A DNA stretch of 64,000 bases from the human T2T-CHM13v2.0 reference genome, Homo sapiens. This document shows, one piece after another, positions 1 to 13,677 of the stretch. Where the stretch lies: the NCBI RefSeq assembly GCF_009914755.1, contig NC_060925.1, one strand, 5' to 3'. Both the position numbers and the translations under genes were made by a program. Positions within the stretch are counted from its first letter, which is position 1. Each line of letters starts with the position of its first letter. Below the pieces are notes generated by a model. It was given only the letters and a program-made list of their open reading frames with translations, was not told where the DNA came from and searched no databases.

Positions 1-312
<312 letters not shown>

Positions 313-1138
313 TAATTTTAATTTCCCTCAGACTTATTTTATAAAATATACTTTAAACTATCTTCTTGTAAAACAAATGATGACAATTTGCAGAAAAGTT
401 ATTAAAACATTGAAAGAACAGGTTGCAAGATCTCATCACAAATCTCTAAGTGGTATCTGGATTGTTTTGTTTTGTTTCAACACTCATTTGCCAGAACCCT
501 TAGGATAGCACATGAGGTGTAACCGGAAATCGAGGCGTTGGGTGTCATGGTTACTTTGCAGGGCTGGGCCCCGGGACTTTTCTGCAGGAAGTTCATTGCT
601 CACCCAAGATGCCTCCAGAAGAAAGCAGAAACTTCCGAGAGGAGCGTGAATGCTCTGTTTCTGTGCTGCAGAAACAATTCCTAGTTTATTTGTTTCCTAA
701 ATTAAGTTTATCTTATTGGTTTTTGTTTTTCCAAAAGCAATGCATGCTCATTACAGGAAGCACAGAAAGCTACAAACAAGTAAGTGAACACTAAAAAATA
801 CTGTAATCTCACCAAGGTAGACAAATAGCTTGGTGTCTCTGTCCTTGTAACCCATTTCTATGCTGCATGCATCCATCCAAAAGTGAGAGGCAAACTATTA
901 TTGTTTTTTGTTAAATGACAAAAATAGTACTTGCTAATTGCTCAAACATTATGACATTAATGTAGAACAAAGCCAATTTATTATGCTCATTAAAACTTTT
1001 TCTTTTTTTAAAATCTAAAAATTTTGATTGGAGAAGGATTAGAGACTAAATTGTTGATATTTGAATTTTATTGTGGTTTTGGTTAAAGTTTGATGCAGGA
1101 CCTTCAGAGCAAAGAGAGGGTACAATGGTGACCTTTAA

Positions 1139-1434
<296 letters not shown>

Positions 1435-1531
1435 CTTTAAACAAGATTTAAAGACCAGCACACAAAGTTTCTGAGTACAAAAATAGGTAATATTTTAGGT
1501 TAGGGTCATTAGACCAGAATTAGAATCATTC

Positions 1532-1663
1532 TTTTTTTTTCTTTTTTTAATTAAAAAAGATGGGGTCTCCTTATTTTGGCCAGATTGACCTTGAGCCTCA
1601 AGCAACTTCTGCCTCGACCTCCCAAAGTACCAGGATTACAGATGTGAACCATTGCACCTGGCC
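1532..1663 (-). mobile_element. FLAM (free left Alu monomer)
   Basis: Left monomer only with T tail; TSD agaatcattctttt at about 1522 and 1664. Confidence 0.85.
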
Positions 1664-2456
1664 AGAATCATTCTTTTGATAATAATGATGGTAATTGAGT
1701 TTATATGCTGTGTTCTCATGAATCCAAGCAGAGCCCACTGTTTCCAGAGATTCCCTTGGCAGCCACCCTGGGTTGAGGAGGGTCCCCTCCTGGCACAGCT
1801 GGAACCACCGGTGAAGAGCCATTTTTCAGTCAGCACCGTTTAGTAATATAAGACTTTTAGCCTCGAGGAGTCTTCCGTTGTTAGTTCCTAACTTTAATGA
1901 CTTTGTGGTAAAAATTCCTTAGCGAATGACTTCTGTGCAACAATCATGTAATTTTTAAAATTCCAGATGCTTTAGCCGTTCAGAATCCATTTTTTCTTTC
2001 AAAACCAGAGTTCACCAGCTGTTTCTCTTGAGCGAAGACTTTGCAATGAGCTTTCAAATGTTCACACCAAGTAGAAGCAGGAAGGGAGAACTGTGGCTGG
2101 GCAATGAATGAAATACTGACATTTAGCTGTAGAAGGTAGGCAGGGGCTCACATGGTGTGCACAGCCCCTTATATGACTACTGGTCCTGTATCTGCTTCCT
2201 TTCCCTGCCCCATTTCCCCTTTGGCTTTTTGTCATGACTCAGAAATGGATGCTAGACATTATGGGGCTCCCTCCAGTCACTCGGGTCACTCGTCACAGAC
2301 TTATAAACAGAATCACAGAACTTATTGTCAGATGAAGCTTCAAAACACCAGTTGGCTAAACTCCTTGTGTTCTGGCAGGTAAGATGTCGGCATCCTTATT
2401 TAACAAATGATGCTACTGAGAACTATGTATGCAGAGACATAGTCTCAAAATAAGTG

Positions 2457-3477
2457 CAGTCATGCCTCGCATAATGACGTTTTGTCAATGTCACATATGT
2501 GAGAGTGGTCCCATAAGATTATACTGGGCTGTCAATTTCCTAATGCCTAGTATTTACTATACATTTTAATGTTATTTTGTGTACTTCTACTTAGTAAAAA
2601 AAAGTTAACTGTAAACCCGCCTCAGGCAGGTCCTTCAGGAGGTATCAGAAGAAGGCATTGTTGTCATAGGAGATGATGGCTCCATGCGTATTTTTGCCTT
2701 GAAGGCCTTCCAACGGGACAAGGTGTGGAGGTGGAAGGCAGGGATAGTGATGATCCTGACCCTGGGTAGGCCCAGGCTAGTGTGTGTGTTTGTGTCTTAG
2801 TTTTTAACAAAAAGTTTGAAAAGTAAAAAAATAAAAATTAAAAATAGGAGCTTATAGGATAATAAGGATATAAAGAAAAAATATTTTTGTACAGCTGCAC
2901 AATGTATTTGTGTTTTAAGCTGTGTTTTTATAAAAAAGTCAAAAAATTAAAAAAATTTAAAAATTATTATATATAAAGTAAAAAAAGTTATGGTACGCTA
3001 AAGATAATTTATTGTTGAGAAAAAAATTTAAATGAATTTAGTATAGCCTAAGTGTACAGCGTTTATAAATACAGTAGCATGAAATTATGTCCTCAACCCT
3101 CACGTGCACTCACCACTCACTCACTGACTCACCCAGAGCAACTTCCAGTCCTGCAAGCTCCATGCATGATAAGCCTCCTATAGAGGTGTACCATTTTTCA
3201 TCTTTTATAGTGTATTTTTACTGTACCTTGTCTATGTTTAGATATGTTTAGATGGAAAAGTACTTACCATTGTGTTACGGCTGCCTACAGTATTCAGTAC
3301 AGTAACATGCTGCACAGGTTTGTAGCCTAGGAACAGTAGCTATACAATATAGCTTAGGTGTGTCATAGCCTATACCATCTAGGTTTTTGTGAGTACACTC
3401 TATGGTGTTTGCATGACAAAATGACCTAATGACACATTTCTCAGAAAGTGTCCCTGTCAATAAGTGATGCATGACTG
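2457..3477 (+). mobile_element. Tigger3-family (Golem/MER7) non-autonomous DNA transposon
   Basis: Inverted termini cagtcatgcctcgcataatgacg ... taagtgatgcatgactg; internal ctcaggcaggtccttcaggaggtat typical of Tigger3. Confidence 0.88.
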
Positions 3478-3979
3478 TGATTGAAATAAGTAGCCCCACA
3501 TTATTTTTCTCATGTCAACTTCAGGTTAATTTTCCAGCCACGTGGCCTTGTGCTTGCTCATCATAAAAAAATGTGGATAAAATTCTACCTGTTAAGCCAC
3601 AACATTTGCCTGTCATGGGTGGACATTTACCGTTTATTTTCAGAGTTCAAAGTTTGAACTCTCAGAGAAATGCAAATAAGACAGTAAACTCCTCGAGGTG
3701 AGGAATGGCAATCTCTGAAGATAAATCATATATTTATTGTACAGTATTGAATGTTGTAAGTGGCAGTAGAGATCATGTAATCTGGCCTTCTTCTTTTACA
3801 GGTGAGAAAAGTGAGAAACAGCAGCAGAGTGATTGTTAGAACCTGGCTCCTCTTCTTTTACTTAGAACTGTTTTCATTAAGTTGTGTTTCATTTCATAGT
3901 TCTGTATAATTCATCCCTGCTTAAGATACATTAAATGAATTGAACTGAATCCCTTTTTTTTGAGCTATGATGGCTCTTA

Positions 3980-4298
<319 letters not shown>

Positions 4299-5066
4299 AC
4301 GTAGATTTTCAAGTAATTACTATTGTTACACTAAATGTCAATGGATCCTTAAGAATCTATTTGTTCATGAATTCATTATTTATTCATTCAACGTTTATTG
4401 AGTGGCTACTTGGTTCAGAATTAGAATTAGCATGACAGCCACACATTAGAAAGGTATCACTTTTTGACTAAATTAAAAACTTGCTAAAAATAGTTATCCA
4501 TTGATGGAATAGGCTACCCCGAAAGGCAGAGAGCATTTTGTCATTGGAAGTATGTAGGGCAGTGTGGATGACTCTAGGGTGACTGTCATGAGGGTTCTGC
4601 ACTGGGGAGGGGGCTGCGTTGGATGATGAATGGGAACCCTTCCAGTGCTAAGATGCTGTGATCGTTGTCCTGCAGGATTGGGATTGTGCAGGATTTGAGC
4701 TACTGTGTAAATTTCCTATTCCCTGCTCATTGGGCTTCCACATTTTGCTTCCTTCCCTTGCCCAGGTGGTTCCATTTCAGGAAGCCTAGATAGCTTCTTT
4801 GCAGTCATCTGCCCGAATGTCGTAGCTACTTTAACTCCCCAGAGCTGTACATGTCTAGGATTGATATTGATCATTAACACAATTATGTTCGCCCAGATGA
4901 ACAAAACTACCAGGAGTAGAAACGTGCATTTGACAGGTGGCCTTGCATGGAGACTAATCGCTTTCACAGGTTGAAAGGTGAAATATCTAAAGTTTAATGA
5001 GTAAGTTGTGTCCTGAATGTGGAATCTGAGTTGAAATTGCATTTTGTGACATGTACGCCTACCTAA

Positions 5067-5442
<376 letters not shown>

Positions 5443-5971
5443 TAACACAGGAGAATGTGCGTGTTTTGCATTTGTAGTGAAAGCATGCCTCATCTTACTC
5501 CAACACTGATAGGAAAAGGAAGATTATTTTACAATGGTCAAGTGAAAAAAAAAGTAAATACAGAGATAAAACGGGGTTCTAATATTTCTGCTACACTGGA
5601 AACTTAGAGTTGCAAGAGCTGTTTTGGGATCACAAATCTTCTGAAGAAAAAAAGTTTGCGTATTTCAGTACAAGTCTTAATGTTTCCCTAGCGTCTTGTG
5701 TTATAGCTGCAGGCCAAGCAAAATGAAATGTGAGACACTGTCCTTGGGGATAGAGCATCTGTATTCAATTTAAACAGTAGATTTGGGGGCCTTAAATTGC
5801 CTCGACTCTATTAATCATTTTGTGTTCCTTAGTTTATAGAATTATCTCCTAGAGACATTAACTTATCCATTAATTTCTTCCATTGTGTTTATTTATTCAT
5901 TCACAAACACTAGCACCTACTGTATACACAGTACAGTGTTGTACATTGCAGGGTACTTAAAAATGTAGAGT

Positions 5972-6160
5972 GCCAGGCATGGTGGTGCATGCCTATAGTC
6001 CCAGCTCCTTGGAAGGCTGGGGCGGGAGGATTGCTTGAGGCCAGGAGTTCAAGGTGGCAGTGCGCTATGCTTGTGCCTACAAATAGCCACTGCACTCCAG
6101 CCTGGACAACATAGCAAGACCCTGTCTCAAAAAAAAAAATGAAAAAACTCCCCCAAAACC
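5972..6160 (+). mobile_element. FAM (fossil Alu monomer)
   Basis: Monomer with FAM-type segment gcagtgcgctatgcttgtgcctacaaatagccactgcactccagcc; TSD aaaaatgtaga at 5959-5969 and 6161-6171. Confidence 0.85.
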
Positions 6161-7999
6161 AAAAATGTAGATTGTTCTCAAGGGCCATCCAGTCTAGAGA
6201 GAACTAAGGGAGCCTGGTATTCTTAGGCCTTAGAGCTTAACAGCCACACCTAGGATGCCTCTTCAGAAGGTGTTCCAGCCCTTCCTGTGTCTTCCCAGTT
6301 CTGATACTGGATTATGTCATTATGTCTCTGTTGAGTAACTCCTTCCAATCAGGCCTGCACACTGCTGCCAGGACAGTCCTCACAAAGCACAGATCTGATT
6401 GGGTTATTGTTCCTCTGTGGAAGGGGCTTTCAGAGACTCATTATCTCCCCCCAAGCAAATTCTTAGCATCTCTTTTCAAGCTTTCCATACACTGGCCCTT
6501 AAACACTTAAAACGGACACTCTGGCCTTTTTATTATGCACATTATTCTGCCCACCGAGAATATTACAGAGTCCGTCTTTCTTGCTCCCAATCTGAACGCA
6601 TCAAAATGTCATCCCTCATTTACCACCTAGCAAATCAATAATGCTTCTCAGCCTTCCCTGGTTCTCTGGAATCGTCTGCTCTCTCCTTCTTCTGTTATAG
6701 TTTGTTATGGATATAACCTGTTTTTCTGACTCCAATGTAGACTTCTTCAACTCAAGGTTTCAGTTCTGGTTTATCTCCTTACTCCCTCATCTATGTAGTA
6801 CACTTATGGTTTACTCTGTTCTCACTGGATTAGACCAAACTCTTAATTATATTTAGGATGTATTAATCCAATGCATAGATTAACCAAGTCTATTATTTTT
6901 ATATCTTTTGAAACCAATCAGGAGTTTCAGAAGTTCAGTTCAGTTTAAATATTTATTGAGATGCATACACTATATAGTCAGATACTATGATAGCTCTTGA
7001 ATATAAAAAATATATATACTTATGTTTGTATATATATGTGTAAATTGATATGTAAATTCAAATAGATAGTGTTGTCTACACCATTGAGAAGCCTATAGTC
7101 CCGTGGAAAAAAGAGAATTCATTCTCATGAAGTTTCCGGATATTGTTTCATCAGAAGGACTGGGCACATCGGGGTGTACTAAAATCATTAAGAAGTATTT
7201 AGCACCAGTAGATGCCTAATAAATACCTTACAGTCTAGATGGATGGATAGATGGAGGAAGAAAGAAGGGCTCCTTTAATTTATAATTTACCTATTGCTGG
7301 GTTTACTCCTAGGTATGACAATTTTGAAAACAATTTACTCAATGTTTATTTCCACACTGTGTATGAAATATGCTGCTCTTCATTCAGAAAGAGATATATA
7401 ATTCTCCATTTGTAGAACACTGAGTTAATTTCATGGTTGTGATGTTGCTTTTGCTTACTTTCACCCACATTTTCTCCTCTGTAGGGTGGCAGCTCCGTAG
7501 GGTGGACACACGCTTTGGGAGACCTGCAGCTGTTTGTGTCTGGGGGCAATGGTGAAGGGCAGTGACTCATTGGCCCAGAACTCATGATCTCATCTCTCAC
7601 CCAGCTGGCTAATCGGCCTTGGGGACAGGAGGATGAGCGCTGCACTCCCTCCTAATCATGCAGCTTTTGTATGTCTTTCTTTACTTGACTTAAATTGTAA
7701 TTTGAATGGAAAAATGGACAAATTCTATCATTTGAATTTAACTTTTATATATTTTCTTGACTCTGATTTGGGATTATCTAAGTGCATTTATTCAAATATT
7801 TATTGTGTTTTTGAAACTTTTTTTGAAAAGCATAAGGTAATACATGATAAAAGATATTGTTATTACCCCTGTTTTTGCCATTTCAAGGAGTCAGAACAGG
7901 CTCAGTGGAAACAAAATGAGATGTCTTATGGGAGTTACTTTCCCTTCAGCTAATCTTGGTATGAATTTATATTGACACTACCTTTAAAATTTTATTCTG

Positions 8000-8551
8000 C
8001 TTTTTAAATTTTACTTTAAGTTCTGGGATACATGTGCAGAACATGCAGGTTTGTTACATAGGTATACATGTGCCATGGTGGTTTGCTGCACCTATCAACT
8101 TGTCATCTAGGTTTTAAGCCCCACATGCATTAGGTATTTGTCCTGATGCTCTCCCTCCCCTTGACCCCTACCCCCCAGCAGGCCCTGGTATGTGATGTTC
8201 CCCTCCCTGTGTCCATGTGTTCTCATTGTTCAATTCCCACTTATGAGTGAGAACATGGGGTGTTTGGTTTTCTGTTCCTGTGTTAGTTTGCTGAGAATGA
8301 TGGTTTCCAGCTTCATCCATGTCCCTGCAAAGGACATGAACTCATCCTTTTTTATGGTTGCATAGTATTCCTTGGTGTATATGTGCCACATTTTCTTTAC
8401 CCGGTCTATCATTGATGGGCATTTGGGTTGGTTCTAAGTCTTTGCTATTGTACATAGTGCTGCAGTAAACATACGTGTGCATGTATCTTTATAGTAGAAT
8501 GATTTACAAGCCTTTGGGTATACACCCAGTAATGGGATTGCTCGGTCAAAT
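8000..8551 (-). mobile_element. 5'-truncated L1PA (L1PA8-like) 3' end
   Basis: 3'UTR motif gttttaagccccacatgcattaggtatttg; ORF 8230..8412 matches the ORF2p C-terminus (KKMWHIYTKEYYATIKKDEF). Confidence 0.88.
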
Positions 8552-8557
8552 GATTAG

Positions 8558-9930
8558 TTTTTTATTTATATAAATTTATGGGGTACAGTGCAATTTCATT
8601 ACATGCATAGTTTGCCTAATGGTCAAGTCGGGGCTTTTAGGATGTCCATCACCCAAATAATGTACATTGTACCCATTGAGTAATTTCTCATCCTTCACTC
8701 CTCCTATCCTCACCCTTCTGAGTCTCCATTGTCTGTTATTCCACTTTCTACATCCACGTGTGGACATGATTTAGCTCCCACTTGTAGGTGAGACCATGTG
8801 ATATTTGTGTTTCTGTGTCTGACTTGTTTCATTTAAGATAACGGTTTCCAGTTCCATCCATGTTGTTGCAAAAGGCATGAGTTCATTTTGTATGGCTGAA
8901 TAGTTTTCCCTTTTGTATGTATACCGTATTTTCTTTATCCAGTTCTCTGTTGATGAACATCTAGGTTGATTCCATATCTTTGCTGTTGTGAATATTGCTG
9001 TGATAAACATGTGAGTCCAGGTATTTTTCTGATACATTGATTTATTTTCCTTTGGGTAGATACACAATAGTAGGATTGCTATATTAAATGGTAGTTTTAT
9101 TTTTAGTTCTTTGAGAAATCTCCATACTTTTTTCCACAGAGATTTTAATAATTTACATTCTCACCAATAGTGTTTAAAATTTCCCTTTTCACTTTTCACT
9201 GCATTCTCTTCAATATCTGTTATTTTTTGACTTTTTAATAATGGCCATTCTGACTGGCATAAGATGACATCTCATTGTGGTTTCAATTTGCATTTCTTTG
9301 ATTAGTAGTAATGTTGAACATGTTTTCCATTTGTATGTCTTCTTTTGAAAAATGTCTATTCATGTCCTTTTCACACTTTTTAATGGAATTATTTTGTTGT
9401 TGTTGTTGAATTGTTTGGGTTCCTTGCATATTCTGGATATTGTTGGATGCATAGTTTGCAAATATTTTCTCACATTCTGCAGGTTGTCTCTTAAGTCTGT
9501 TGATTATTTCCTTTGCTCTGCAGAAGCTTTTTAGTTTAACTAAGTACCATTTCCCTATGCTTTTTTGTTGTTGTTGTTGTTGCCTGTGCTTTTGAGGTCT
9601 TAGTCATGAATTCTTTGCATAGACCAATGTTCAGAAGAGTTTTCCCTCAGTTTTCTTCTAGTATGTTTATAGTTTTGGGTCTTATTTATAAGACTTTAAT
9701 TCATCTTTAGTTGAATTTAGTTTTGTATATGATGAGGTATAGGGGTCCAGTTTCATTCTTCTGCATATGGCCATCCAATTTCCCCAGTATCATTTATTGA
9801 AAGGGGTGTCCTTTGCCCAGTGTGTGTTCTTGTCAATGTTGTCAAAGATCAGTTGGTTGTAAATATGTGGCTTTATTTCTGGGTTTTTTATTCTGTTTCA
9901 TTGATCTATGTGTCTATTTTTATACCAGCC
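8558..9930 (-). mobile_element. 5'-truncated L1MA 3' end
   Basis: L1MA-type 3'UTR plus degraded ORF2 C-terminus (ORF 8771..9067). Confidence 0.85.
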
Positions 9931-11107
9931 TATTTGTTACCTATTGCTGTGTTTACTCGTTATTCTCTTTTTTAATGAGTAAAATACCCTTTTTAAAAGA
10001 CAACATCCAAATTAGGAGACTGCCTTTGATTAAAATGAATAACTATTAATCATCACAGAGCAGGGAAAGTGTGAATCATCAGGAATTTAGTGGAGAGAAA
10101 TCCACTGTTTTGGGTATGTCTTTGTATTAGTCTGGGGTAAATTTCTTGAGGACAAACCTTGTCTCATTTGCCTTCTTATAATTCATGTTAGACTTATAGT
10201 AACAGTAAAGACTTACTGAATTGGGTTGCTTTAAAACAGCATGTGTAATATAGCCACCATGGCATGCAGGAGTAGGTAGAATTGCCCCCAACCAGGAGTG
10301 GCTCTTGAAACATCACAGGGAGAGGATTAGGTAACGGTTGGGTTAGAAAGAGGAGCACAAGGCACTTGTCTTCATGTTGCTTGGGCTCACAAGCACACTT
10401 TTCATGTAGATTGCGTGTTCAAGATCAACATGCCAAAAGTGGCAAAAATCTCTAAAGGAGCCTCCATCTACACATTTCATGAGAGAAAAATGTCCATTCT
10501 CCATATCAAAGCACATTATCATGATTTTAATTTGGAGTGGATTTAGGGGACTGATGAAGCATGGGGCACTGCAGCATCCCCCTAGCCAACCCTTACACCT
10601 GTGGTGCTCCCAACACCTCCTGCGTTCATCATTTATCATGAAGTATGGTGCATTCCTGAAACACTGGACAAGTGCATCTTCTCCTAGAAGCACGGAGGTA
10701 CATTCCAAAGGCAAACTCACTTAAATTGTGATCAGAATACTTCAACTTGCTTGCTATTGTTGTGGATAAGTGATAGTTAACCACAACCGGCTGAGTGGCC
10801 AGGTGGAAAGGACATGGATGGGGAAGGAGGTTCAGGGTCCTGCATAAGTCCTCTAGTGTCTGTAGATCTCAGTGTCCTCCCTTGTGAAAATGGGGATAAT
10901 ATCAGCCCTCAATTTACACAGTTGTAGTGAAGGTCCAATGTGATCAGTGTTTGTCACAACCTGTCATCATTTATGTGTATAGAACTGCTTTTACTATAAA
11001 CTTGCTTGTATTGTCCCCAGCAGCCAGTCCTGCCTATAATCTGTTGGCTTCATTGCTTGTCCAGTGATCTGTGGCTCCCTCCTGTCCTAATCCAGGTCCA
11101 AGTGGAT

Positions 11108-11180
11108 TAATGTTATCTGATTCACGTTAGTGTTTCTACAGATATGTAATGTTATCTGAATCACATTAGTGTTTCTACAG
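11108..11180. repeat. 34-bp direct duplication with 5-bp spacer
   Basis: taatgttatctgattcacgttagtgtttctacag (11108-11141) vs taatgttatctgaatcacattagtgtttctacag (11147-11180), 2 mismatches. Confidence 0.9.
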
Positions 11181-11289
11181 CAAAACAGATGCTTGTTCCC
11201 ACTAAGTAGGATAAATGAAGACTCTAAATTGCTTCACATCTGTGCACATGAGGTTCTGCCACCATGTGAGTTCAGTCAGGTCAGATTAC

Positions 11290-11370
11290 TGCCAGATGAA
11301 TTAGAGAAGGCTTGAGGTTCTCAGAGAATTTTGGATTTTGGAATTAGAGATGATGCATCATGGATTTGTG
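11290..11370. mobile_element. MER103-like hAT relic
   Basis: ggttctcagagaattttggattttggaattagagatgatgcatcatggatttgt resembles the recalled MER103 terminus. Confidence 0.5.
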
Positions 11371-11439
11371 CTTAATAGCTGTTTTGCTACTTTCCCTCCC
11401 CTTCCCCTCTCTCCCTCCTCCTCCACTTCCAGTTCTTAG

Positions 11440-12114
<675 letters not shown>

Positions 12115-12381
12115 TAGTATAGACTCTCCCAATGCTGCCTTTTGGATGAATCCTGTGATGCCACATTTTCCAGCCTTAGGACAAATGATAACCTACCCTG
12201 TAGTCTGTCCATGCTCTGGAGACCCTGCTGGTCTTACAAGATGAACTGGACAACTGCTTTCACTGATAGGCCTGAAGGAAAAGGGTTGGAACTGTCAAGG
12301 TTCCCCATTAAATACCAACCAGCAATGACAATCAAGGTGAGCTATTCTTGTGCTGGGTAGGATGCTATCTTGGGCTCTGAG

Positions 12382-13677
12382 TGTGTCCGGAATTGGTGGG
12401 TTCTTGGTCTCACTGACTTCAAAAATGAAGCCGCGGACCCTCGCGGTGAGTGTTACAGTTCTTAAAGGCGGCGTGTCTGGAGTTTGTTCCTTCTGATGTT
12501 CGGATGTGTTCGGAGTTTCTTCTTTCTAGTGGGTTCGTGGTCTCGCTGGCTCAAGAGTGAAGCTGCGGACCTTCGCGGTGAGTGTTACAGCTCTTAAGGC
12601 GGCGCGTCTGGAGTCGTTCGTTCCTCCTCGTAGGTTCGTGGTCTCGTTGGCTTCAGGAGTGAAGCTGCAGACCTTCGTGGTGACTGTTACAGCTCATAAA
12701 GGCAGTGTGGACCCAAAGAGTGAGCAGCAGCAAGGTTTAATGCAAACAGCGAAAGAACAAAGCTTCCACAATGTGCAAAGGGACCGGAGAGGGTTGCCGC
12801 TGCTGGCGCCTGCAGCCTGCTTTTATTCTCTTATCTGGCCCCACCCACATCCTGCTGATTGGTACAGCCCAGTCGTCTGTTTTGACAGGGCGCTGATTGG
12901 TACGTTTACAATCCCTGAGCTAGACACAAATGTTCGCCACCTCCCCACCAGATTAGCTAGATACAGAGTGTCCATTGGTGCATTCACAAACCCTGAGTTA
13001 GACACAGGGTGCTGACTGGTGTTTTTACAATCCCTGAGCTAGACATAAAGGTTCTCCAAGGCCCCACCAGACTCAGGAGCCCAGCTGGCTTCACCCAGTG
13101 GATCCCGCACCGGGGCTACAGGTGGAGCTGCCTGCCAGTCCCCTGCCGTGTGCCTGCACTCCTCAGGCCTTGGGTGGTCGATGGGACTGGGCGCTGTGGA
13201 GCAGGGGGCGGCGCTTGTCGGGGAGGCTCGGGCTGCACAGGAGCCCACGAAGGGCGGGGAGGCTCAGGCATGGCGGGCTGCAGGTCCCCAGCCCTGCCCC
13301 GCGGGAAGGCAGCTAAGGCCTTGCGAGAAATTGAGCACAGCAGCTGCTGGCCCAGGTGCTAAGCCCTTCACTGCCCGGGGCCGGCGGGGCCGGCCGGCCA
13401 CTCCGAGTGCGGACCCGCGGAGCCCATGCTCACCCGGAACTCGCGCTGGCCCGCAAGCACCGCGCGCAGCCCCCGGTTCCCGCCCGCGCCTCTCCCTCCA
13501 CACCTGCCTGCAAGCTGAGGGAGCCGGCTCCGGCCTTGGCCAACCCAGAAAGGGGCTCCCACAGTGCAGCGGCGGGCGGAAGGGCTCCTCAAGTGCCGCC
13601 AAAGTGGGAGCCCAGGCAGAGGAGGTGCCGAGAGCGAGCGCGGGCTGCGAGGACTGCCAGCACGCTGTCACCTCTCG
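12382..13677 (-). mobile_element. Solo ERV9 LTR (LTR12C-like)
   Basis: Ends tgtgtccggaattggtggg ... gcacgctgtcacctctc(g); 4-bp TSD tgag at 12378-12381 and 13678-13681; repeated ctgattggt units; no internal ERV sequence. Confidence 0.95.
12815..13050 (-). promoter_or_regulatory. LTR12 U3 promoter/enhancer with CCAAT (NF-Y) boxes and AATAAAA TATA-like element, directed leftwards
   Basis: attgg (CCAAT on minus) at about 12858, 12896 and 12974, decayed actgg at about 13015; ttttatt at 12821-12827. Function inferred from established LTR12 biology, not shown here. Confidence 0.65.

Noticed and set aside
5972-6140. 7SL RNA gene
   Set aside because: Lacks the S domain; has an A tail and TSD, so it is a FAM retrocopy
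12428-12700. Three spaced direct repeats resembling a CRISPR array
   Set aside because: These are the intrinsic LTR12 U5 tandem repeats; eukaryotic context, no cas genes
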